This document shows, piece after piece, positions 1-7,536 of a stretch of 64,000 nucleotides of DNA. Origin of the DNA: Candidatus Borrarchaeum weybense (GTDB taxonomy: Archaea > Asgardarchaeota > Sifarchaeia > Borrarchaeales > Borrarchaeaceae). Location of the stretch: the NCBI GenBank assembly GCA_019057385.1, contig JAHQJS010000006.1, positions 160,001-224,000 on the forward strand. Direction: 5' to 3'. Within the stretch, counting starts at the first letter, position 1, and the number at the start of each line of letters is the position of its first letter. The translations under genes and the position numbers were made by a program. The notes under the pieces are model-generated. The model was not told the DNA's origin. It did not search any database and saw only the letters and a program-made list of their open reading frames with translations.

Positions 1-1
1 T

Positions 2-1747
2 CCCATTAGCCAAGAAGTATCAGATATTGCGACTTTACTCTCCGACTATCAAGGGATTTTAGACTGGAAAAAACAAGTTGAAGGAAATCTAAAAACATAC
101 TGTTTTTCATTCTTAGATGAGCTAAAACCTGTATTAGCAAAGGCCGACGAAAATGAAGACTTTCTCCGCGACTTTGTTGAAAAAAAGCGTGTACAGATAG
201 AAGAGAGCTCCATTGAGGATTTAACGACCGTGTACCTTGAAATTACTGACAGATTCCAAAAGGAAAAAGAAAGAATCATCGATCATATTAAGCTTCTTGA
301 AGGTGAACTTGAAGATCTTTCTTCAACAGCGGGCGAGAGTTTAGATCAAACAGAACTAGCTACGATGAGTGTGCTGGGAAGCCTCAGATACTCAACTGAT
401 CGCGAAATTCCTGATTTATTGGCTGTGGAAAAGCAACTTGAAACACACGTTGCAAAATATTCAGAAAATTATCAAAGAGCAGCACAAGAAGAATTGACAA
501 ATCTCATGGAAGATTTGCAAACGATTAAGCCTCCTTTTAATGCTTACTTTGAGCCAATCATTGAATTAGCCAAAAAAAACATACACGTAATTGGAGATAC
601 AGTTTCCACTTTTGATATTAAAAATTTGATTCAGGATACCAAAAAAGAAATCGTTGTGAAAGGTGGAGACGCGATAGAGAATATAAAATATAAATTGACA
701 TTAAAGGTACGTTTAGCGATAGTAAAAATACTCGAAGGACAGTATCATCTACCAAAAGAAATCCAAGAAGCAGTTTCTGAATTGAATGAGATGAAAACAT
801 CCGTATTAGATCCCTATGCAGTTGCTACACACACTCGCCGCATGATTGAGGTTTACGAGAAGAAAATTGAAGGAGAACTTAATAACTACTTAATAGAAGA
901 GGCCAAAAAACTAGAAGAAATGCTTGCTTCTCTACTTGAAGTTGGTATTGAAAGTGTACAACCGCATCTAGAAACACTTCGAAAATTAAGAACAGTTCTC
1001 CCGGCCGAAATGAGTGAAATGACAGACCATTTTGATAGTATCGAAACAATAAAGACGGATCAAAATCTATTGAAAGATATTCGAGAGCAAGTTAATATTA
1101 AAATCTCAGAACTTGATCGTAGCAACTTCTTACTTCGAAAGCACGGTCAAGGAGAACTAATCAAGCGATTTGAGACATTAATTATAGGGGTACGCAGTAA
1201 AATCGACAAGGAACCTCTTGAATCGTTAATTGGGCTTAGTCAAGATTTAAATGCAGTTATGAATGAGATTAAGTCTATCATCATTGAGATTGACAAAGGA
1301 GAAAGTGACCAGTTTAATGCATCTCTAAATGAAATCAGCAAATATTACTCAACAATAAAAGAAGTCTATAATGCGCATAAAATGAATTTTGATACTGTGA
1401 TTTATCCCGTTTCTAGAATATTTGATTTGAAGGAAAAATTATTGAAAACACCATCGCTTAGTGATGCGAGCGACTTTTTTGAAGAGATCAGAAGGTTGGA
1501 AGAAGGTTGGTCAAAAAAAGTAACTGACATCCATGAATGGCACAAAACACTTCGTGTATTCCTTGCTAGTTTTGATCCAACTGCATCTGAAGGAGAGTTG
1601 TTTAGACAGGTGGAAGACATCAAAAGGTCGATTAAGGAGACGTATCCTGCTGATGATGTCTCATCTTATCTCTCATGGGCAGCAGAGGAGATAGTGGAAA
1701 CTATGTTAAAGAAGAAAAAGAAAGAAATAGAGAAGGAGGAAACTTAA
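2..1747 (+). CDS. Large alpha-helical/coiled-coil protein, 5'-partial (extends beyond the window)
   Basis: The frame of ORF 230..1747 is open back to position 2 (PISQEVSDIATLL...). The protein is E/K/L-rich with heptad character. Its TAA overlaps the next ATG (TAATG at 1745-1749). Confidence 0.85.
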   Translation, partial: PISQEVSDIATLLSDYQGILDWKKQVEGNLKTYCFSFLDELKPVLAKADENEDFLRDFVEKKRVQIEESSIEDLTTVYLEITDRFQKEKERIIDHIKLLEGELEDLSSTAGESLDQTELATMSVLGSLRYSTDREIPDLLAVEKQLETHVAKYSENYQRAAQEELTNLMEDLQTIKPPFNAYFEPIIELAKKNIHVIGDTVSTFDIKNLIQDTKKEIVVKGGDAIENIKYKLTLKVRLAIVKILEGQYHLPKEIQEAVSELNEMKTSVLDPYAVATHTRRMIEVYEKKIEGELNNYLIEEAKKLEEMLASLLEVGIESVQPHLETLRKLRTVLPAEMSEMTDHFDSIETIKTDQNLLKDIREQVNIKISELDRSNFLLRKHGQGELIKRFETLIIGVRSKIDKEPLESLIGLSQDLNAVMNEIKSIIIEIDKGESDQFNASLNEISKYYSTIKEVYNAHKMNFDTVIYPVSRIFDLKEKLLKTPSLSDASDFFEEIRRLEEGWSKKVTDIHEWHKTLRVFLASFDPTASEGELFRQVEDIKRSIKETYPADDVSSYLSWAAEEIVETMLKKKKKEIEKEET

Positions 1748-3174
1748 TGACATGGGAATCTGAGGAAAAAGAAATTGCACCTCGCGCTGAGGTCTTCGCG
1801 ATAGGTATGGGCGAATGTGGATCAAATCTTGTTGGTGCTTACCTCAAGAAGAGCGCAGAAAGAGCGCTTCCTCCCCGTATACGCGGATACTTATTAATGA
1901 ATACCGATAGGGCAGATGTCCAAAAAGTAAGAACATTATATGACATTCCAAAATCTCATACGCTTCTCTATGGAGAAAGCGATACTGGTGTTGGTGGTAA
2001 ATTTTCGGACGGTTATAATTATATCCACCAATCAAAGGACATAATTTTGGATCAGCTTACCCAATTGGGTTATGAAGGTGTCTCAGGATTTGTGATATTT
2101 TCCTCATTGGGTGGAGGAACTGGTTGTGGAGGCACTCCTGCTTTAATAGAAGTTTTAAAACACCGATTTGAAGTCATGGAACAGAGAAGGATCTTTATTT
2201 ACGTTATAGGAGTCCTTCCTTTCAAAAATCAAAGCAGTGAGGCTGTTAACACTGTTTGGGCGATTACTAAATTGTTACGCAACCAATTACAAGATATAGG
2301 TCCTGATCTGATTGTTTTACTAAGTAATCGAGCTATGCTTAAGCGGATTTTGAGTTGGAGGTCTGGTGTTATCGAAGATTTTCTTTCGAAAGAACTAGAC
2401 ATTGATGTAGGTGATATGGGCGATATAGAAAGACTGGTTCCTTCTACCCTAGAAGAAGAAAGCGCCATGATGAAGCAACAAGAGCAGACATTCATTGATT
2501 TAGTCAATCCCTTAGCGCTTGAGGTCACAGATTATATGCTCAGTCCGGGTGTAGTTGAATCAGGAAAACGAGTTTTCCCTACTACCGATTTGGCAGATTA
2601 TTCGCATAAACTAGATCCCATTATTGTCCCCTGCTTGTACACTGACGTTGGATTCATTCCATCCGCAGGAAATATCCAAAAACAGTTCGAGAGGATCGTC
2701 AGTCATACGGTCAATGAGTGCTCTTACACCGAAATTGGAAAAGATCCACGCGCTGAGTCGGTGTACTATGTGTTTTCAGCCCCGTCCGAATTAGCTCGTC
2801 CAGAATTTGACATGCACCTTAAGGCAGGCTTGCAAAAATACGTTCTACCAGGGGCAGCCATAACTCCTTGCTTTGTTCAATTTACGGACCAAGAAAAGGG
2901 TTCAGGTGATGTTACACCTGAAAAGAAACAAGCAAGCCTATTAGTATTACTTGGTCTTCCAAAAATCCCAGAGCTAAAGGACATACTGTTCGAAGCGAAC
3001 CAACTAATCAAACTTCACACAGGCCCATCCCCCATTAAAAGAGAATGGTTCCGTCGTTCAAAAGGCACTACAAAAGAAGCTCTCGAAAAGGCCTTAGCAG
3101 ATCTGAAAGAATTATTTGGGTATTATATAATGTCCGAACCTACAGAGGAAACGTCTTCAGGTGAATCGACTTGA
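1747..3174 (+). CDS. Divergent tubulin/FtsZ-superfamily GTPase with a tubulin-like C-terminus
   Basis: Motifs GMGECGSN (T1), NTD, GVGGKFSDG (T3), SLGGGTGCG (T4), VLPF, EAVN and TTDLAD (T7). Start moved to ATG 1747, which follows the SD-like GAAGGAGGA and overlaps the upstream stop. Confidence 0.93.
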   Translation: MTWESEEKEIAPRAEVFAIGMGECGSNLVGAYLKKSAERALPPRIRGYLLMNTDRADVQKVRTLYDIPKSHTLLYGESDTGVGGKFSDGYNYIHQSKDIILDQLTQLGYEGVSGFVIFSSLGGGTGCGGTPALIEVLKHRFEVMEQRRIFIYVIGVLPFKNQSSEAVNTVWAITKLLRNQLQDIGPDLIVLLSNRAMLKRILSWRSGVIEDFLSKELDIDVGDMGDIERLVPSTLEEESAMMKQQEQTFIDLVNPLALEVTDYMLSPGVVESGKRVFPTTDLADYSHKLDPIIVPCLYTDVGFIPSAGNIQKQFERIVSHTVNECSYTEIGKDPRAESVYYVFSAPSELARPEFDMHLKAGLQKYVLPGAAITPCFVQFTDQEKGSGDVTPEKKQASLLVLLGLPKIPELKDILFEANQLIKLHTGPSPIKREWFRRSKGTTKEALEKALADLKELFGYYIMSEPTEETSSGEST

Positions 3175-4247
3175 GCGCAGATGAGTTAATTGAGAAATTG
3201 TGGACAGTTTCCACAATAAATACCGTTCTAATTAATTTGCTGCTGAATAAAGAAGTAAATGAGACGCTCGATGAAAGATATTGGCAAATAGTCAAAAAAA
3301 TGTTAGATGGCAGTAAAAAACAAATGGGTAAGGCATTATCGGGTCCCGTAGATTCCTTCATTGAAAGTGCGATTACATTAACTAATAAAACATTGTCACA
3401 GATCGATACCCTTCTGGAAAAACTACAGCATGCAAAAGTTGAAGTTGAGAAAGAAGAACAATTCTTGTTTGATGATGAAGGACTCTTCCAACTCGAAGAA
3501 GAAGTTAAAAAGCGTCAGAAGATAGAGGCCGTTGCCAGCTCTACTCCAGAGTTAACACCTCAAGAAACTCCCACGCAATTAATTGAAGAAGTTGAAGTGG
3601 AAGAAGTAAAAGAAGAAGAAAAACCCATGTTTGCCAGACAAAATGATGCTATCGACGAATGGGATTATCTTGAGCATTTAAACAGACTTTTTGAAACCTA
3701 TAGACAGAATTCGCATATGCTTCTGCCAGCTTTCTGGCATGCTGCTACACAGGAACTTCTTTCTTATGAGGCTCGCGACGAAGATCACAAATTCGCCATT
3801 CAGACTCCTGCTGAAACTATTTATCGTCTCATTCGCACATTTCTTAGTGAAGCACCGTTTGCTCGTCTTATGCAAGATATGAAGCAAAAACATGGCGAAT
3901 CAGAACTCACTTCAAGTTATTTGGATGCCATCAAAGCGAAGGTCGATGAATACTATATACGCGTCGAAGAAGATTTAACAAACGAAATCGAATCTTCAAA
4001 GATCATAATAAAAGCCGAACATGAACTTGAGACGTTCAATATGGGTGCAGCAAGCCTTGAAAAGCGAGTGTTGAAGTACATCCGTGATGTTTGCAACAAT
4101 TTATTAACTCAAGCAAAAACTCTGTCCCATCGAAATGAGTTAGAGAGCATCGTATATGCTGAAGCAACAATTTTGCTCTCAAGATTAAATGGAGCCATGA
4201 TTGAGTCTCCACCGTTAGAATTTCTTTTAAAAGCAATGAAGCCGTGA
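3171..4247 (+). CDS. Hypothetical helical protein with an acidic Pro/Glu linker
   Basis: 358-aa ORF. Its TTG start overlaps the tubulin TGA, with AGGTGA upstream. Confidence 0.8.
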   Translation: MSADELIEKLWTVSTINTVLINLLLNKEVNETLDERYWQIVKKMLDGSKKQMGKALSGPVDSFIESAITLTNKTLSQIDTLLEKLQHAKVEVEKEEQFLFDDEGLFQLEEEVKKRQKIEAVASSTPELTPQETPTQLIEEVEVEEVKEEEKPMFARQNDAIDEWDYLEHLNRLFETYRQNSHMLLPAFWHAATQELLSYEARDEDHKFAIQTPAETIYRLIRTFLSEAPFARLMQDMKQKHGESELTSSYLDAIKAKVDEYYIRVEEDLTNEIESSKIIIKAEHELETFNMGAASLEKRVLKYIRDVCNNLLTQAKTLSHRNELESIVYAEATILLSRLNGAMIESPPLEFLLKAMKP

Positions 4248-4439
4248 TCTTCAAAATTCTAAAGCCAGCAGTTACTAAATGATAGTATATATTTCCTTTT
4301 TTATTTTACAAATCAAAATTTTATACTTATTTTTAATAGAATAATTCACAACAAGGAAGAATTAATACTTCATGATTCGATATCCCCAGATTAACATTTT
4401 ATTTCTATATTGTTACAGCAATGGACTTTCTAGCCCTAT

Positions 4440-5861
4440 GTGCCTCAGGAGATGATCCCTATACCACAATCGATTATAGAACAACTAGACAAATTTTTCA
4501 AACCTAGAGCAGTTGCCGTTGTGGGCGTATCGTACCATCCCGAAAAAATCGGTCATATTATTTTTAAAAGCCTGCTTGAATCTCAATACTGTGGCAAGAT
4601 CTATCCCGTAAACCCCAAAGGCGGCGACATTATTGGCCATATGGCTTATCCTTCAATACTTGATTGCCCCGATGATACTGAGTTAGCGGTAATCACAATT
4701 GCGGCAAAATACACTCCTCAGGTTATTGAACAATGCGGAAAAAAGGGTGTACGAAATATAGTAATTGTGAGCGGGGGTTTTAAGGAAGTTGGAAATGAGG
4801 AACTCGAATCCCAAATCGTTGAGATTGCGCGACAAAACGGCATACGTATAATTGGTCCGAACTGTATTGGCATTTATGATGCAATAACTAAAGTGGAAAC
4901 ATTTTTCCAGTCACACGATCGCATGGTTCGTCCTTCCTACAATGCGAAAACCAAGATCTCGTTTCTAACGCAAAGTGGTACATATGGGGCTAGCTTCTTA
5001 GAATTACTTGATGAAGATGGCCTCGGAGTAAGCAAATTTGTTTCTTACGGAAATAAAGCAGATGTTAATGAGACAGATATGCTTCAATATCTTGCAGAGG
5101 ATCAAGACACAAAAGTTATAGCAATTTATCTTGAAGCCATAGGACGTGGCGAGGGAAGAACTTTTTTTGAAGTAGCAAAAGAAGTCACTCGCAAAAAACC
5201 AGTTGTCATTTACAAAACTGGAACAACAACTGAAGGAACAACGGCTGCAAAAAGCCACACTGGTCATTTAAGCAGCCAAGCAGCCGTATACAATGGAGTT
5301 TTTAAGCAAACAGGAATTCTTTCAATCAGAAATTTTGATGAACTTCTTGCAGTTAGTAAAGCTTTAGCATTTCAGCCACTTCCAAAAGGAAATAGATGTG
5401 CATTTGTTTCCAATGGCATAGGTCCAGTAATTGCTATGATTGATGAGGCGGTGAAGAATAAGCTTGAAATTGCGAAATTACAAGAACTTACGCGAGAACA
5501 CTTAAGAGAGAAATTTCCGCCATTCTTCGTAATAGAAAACCCTGTTGATGTTACGGGGTCTGCAACTTCCAAAGATTATGAAATTGCAATAGAAGCATTT
5601 CTTAATGATCCCAATGTTGATATTGTGATGCCTTGGTTTGTATTTCAAGATACTCCTTTAGATGAAAATATAGTCAATGTTCTCGATGAAATGAATAGTA
5701 GGACTCAGAAACCCATATTGATTGGTGCACATGGCGGTCCTTATACAAAGAGAATGTCCAAAATAATACAAGGAAAGGGTATCCCAGTTTTCGATCAAGC
5801 AGGAAAAGTCATTGCCGCAGCATCTGCTCTTTATCGCTATTCTCAATATCTTTCCCGATAA
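4440..5861 (+). CDS. acdA: NDP-forming acyl-CoA synthetase (acetate-CoA ligase) alpha subunit
   Basis: CoA-binding N-terminus (YPVNPKG), GPNCIG, TQSG, phospho-His motif SHTG, NPVDVTG. Confidence 0.9.
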   Translation: MPQEMIPIPQSIIEQLDKFFKPRAVAVVGVSYHPEKIGHIIFKSLLESQYCGKIYPVNPKGGDIIGHMAYPSILDCPDDTELAVITIAAKYTPQVIEQCGKKGVRNIVIVSGGFKEVGNEELESQIVEIARQNGIRIIGPNCIGIYDAITKVETFFQSHDRMVRPSYNAKTKISFLTQSGTYGASFLELLDEDGLGVSKFVSYGNKADVNETDMLQYLAEDQDTKVIAIYLEAIGRGEGRTFFEVAKEVTRKKPVVIYKTGTTTEGTTAAKSHTGHLSSQAAVYNGVFKQTGILSIRNFDELLAVSKALAFQPLPKGNRCAFVSNGIGPVIAMIDEAVKNKLEIAKLQELTREHLREKFPPFFVIENPVDVTGSATSKDYEIAIEAFLNDPNVDIVMPWFVFQDTPLDENIVNVLDEMNSRTQKPILIGAHGGPYTKRMSKIIQGKGIPVFDQAGKVIAAASALYRYSQYLSR

Positions 5862-5924
5862 TCTCATAAAATTAAAGATCAGGATTCTTGGATGAATTCG
5901 CTATGTAGAATAGTTTTTCAGTTT

Positions 5925-6194
5925 CTATTCGTTGGCATCTAAACTTTCTAATTTGCTTATTACGTGTGCTAGTCTCTCACTAATGCTTACAATATCTTTC
6001 AGAATTTTTATTCTGAGTTTTTCTGTAGCATCTTCTTTCAAAGTTACTCCACTTATAATAATTTGAAGACTGCTCGTTAAGGAAACAAGCAGTTGTTCAA
6101 CTTGTTTTTGAATATCTTTAAGATCAATTATCTCTTTCCTGATTACTGGCATTATTATCGCTTTATTCTCTTTCAATAAATCTATGTAGTTCAC
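5925..6194 (-). CDS. Small helical hypothetical protein
   Basis: 89-aa ORF overlapping the upstream gene's stop by 4 bp. Confidence 0.6.
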   Translation of the reverse strand: MNYIDLLKENKAIIMPVIRKEIIDLKDIQKQVEQLLVSLTSSLQIIISGVTLKEDATEKLRIKILKDIVSISERLAHVISKLESLDANE

Positions 6195-6760
6195 TGTTGC
6201 GATTCGTCAGGTTTGAAAAAAAGTTCACCGATTTCTTTTAAAGCCTTCTTAACAGATTCCTTCTTTCCGCGGACTCTAATAATATTGTCTTCTTCGAATT
6301 CCACAATAACTCCACAATTCTCTGCTATATCCGATACACGTTCAACTGGCAACTCTTTATCATATGTAATTCGTGCAAAGCCTACTTCTTTCTCTCGGGG
6401 GAGATCCTTCACGAATCTTACCACTTCTTTATTGGACGACTCAGTACTAGATTGGTCTTTGGCTACATTAGCAAGCTTTTCTTTCCATAAATCGACAAAA
6501 TCCTTACCACGTTCGCTTGCGAATGCAAGAAGCATTTCTCTAACTCTTAATAGTGCAATTTCTAACTCATCAAGAAATTCTACATTTTTCTCGATTGCTT
6601 CTTTTCCATAGAGCTTCAAGTGGGTTAATAAGTATTTACTGTGTCGTAGATCTTTGTTGATTGAGATAGGTAACTCGATGTTTTCACGATTTAGTTTACC
6701 AAAAAGATCATGAAGAAGAGACCATGTCTTTTCTTTTAATTTTATTTCGTCAGCGTCCAT
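6191..6760 (-). CDS. DUF2096-family archaeal protein
   Basis: W..L.dL N-terminus, DLR, and C-terminal AE..GVIVEF...V.G.KE.VKKALKE pattern. Confidence 0.7.
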   Translation of the reverse strand: MDADEIKLKEKTWSLLHDLFGKLNRENIELPISINKDLRHSKYLLTHLKLYGKEAIEKNVEFLDELEIALLRVREMLLAFASERGKDFVDLWKEKLANVAKDQSSTESSNKEVVRFVKDLPREKEVGFARITYDKELPVERVSDIAENCGVIVEFEEDNIIRVRGKKESVKKALKEIGELFFKPDESQQ

Positions 6761-6945
6761 ATCTTTCCCTCGGTGTGATATACACTACAAATTATAATGT
6801 GCTAGATTTATAACTTTATAAAATTCCCAATTATTTCGAAAATGACTTGCATGAAAGTATAATTTCACGTAATTGACAAAAAACTCTAAAATAAACTAAC
6901 TATTATACTGATTGGCAACTCTTATACCTAAAGTAAAATAATTTT

Positions 6946-7473
6946 ATGGAGTCCAACTTACAATCGGGAGGCGTCTCTTTGCCTAAAAGGAAAATAGCAA
7001 TAATGGGCGTAGGAAACACTTTACACAAAGATGAAGGGGTAGGAATTCACATAATACGTGCCCTAGAAAAAGTAAAAAAACGTTACGATCCATTAAAAGA
7101 TGTAGAACTAATTGATGGAGGTACAGGAGGTCTCCTTCTCTTAAAACTAATAGAGGATTTCGATACAGTTTTTATTGTTGATGCCGCTTTAGCAGGAGGC
7201 AAACCGGGAGATATCTATATTTTAAGTCCAGAACAAATTTCCAAATCACCAGATTCTCAACATATGTTTTCAGCTCATGATATCGACCTAACATATACCC
7301 TTCAAGTGGGTAGAGAACTGGGCATGCAAACTGAGGTTATTATAATAGGTGTTGAACCGAAAGACTACACTTCCCATGGTTTAAATCTTTCAGATGAATT
7401 AAGTAATAAAATCACTGAAATAATAAAAACAATAGTTAATGAAGTCAAAAAACTTAAAATGAAGTTTAAGTAA
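6946..7473 (+). CDS. [NiFe]-hydrogenase maturation protease (HybD/HyaD family)
   Basis: GVGNxLxxDEGVG, DGGT, IVDA, SAHD, IGVEP. Alternative TTG start at 6979 after GGGAGG. Confidence 0.93.
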   Translation: MESNLQSGGVSLPKRKIAIMGVGNTLHKDEGVGIHIIRALEKVKKRYDPLKDVELIDGGTGGLLLLKLIEDFDTVFIVDAALAGGKPGDIYILSPEQISKSPDSQHMFSAHDIDLTYTLQVGRELGMQTEVIIIGVEPKDYTSHGLNLSDELSNKITEIIKTIVNEVKKLKMKFK

Positions 7474-7536
7474 CTTGCCAATGTAATCCTCTAAAGTAAT
7501 ATATTCAAATTTTAATTGCGTCCGTTAACGGTTTGA

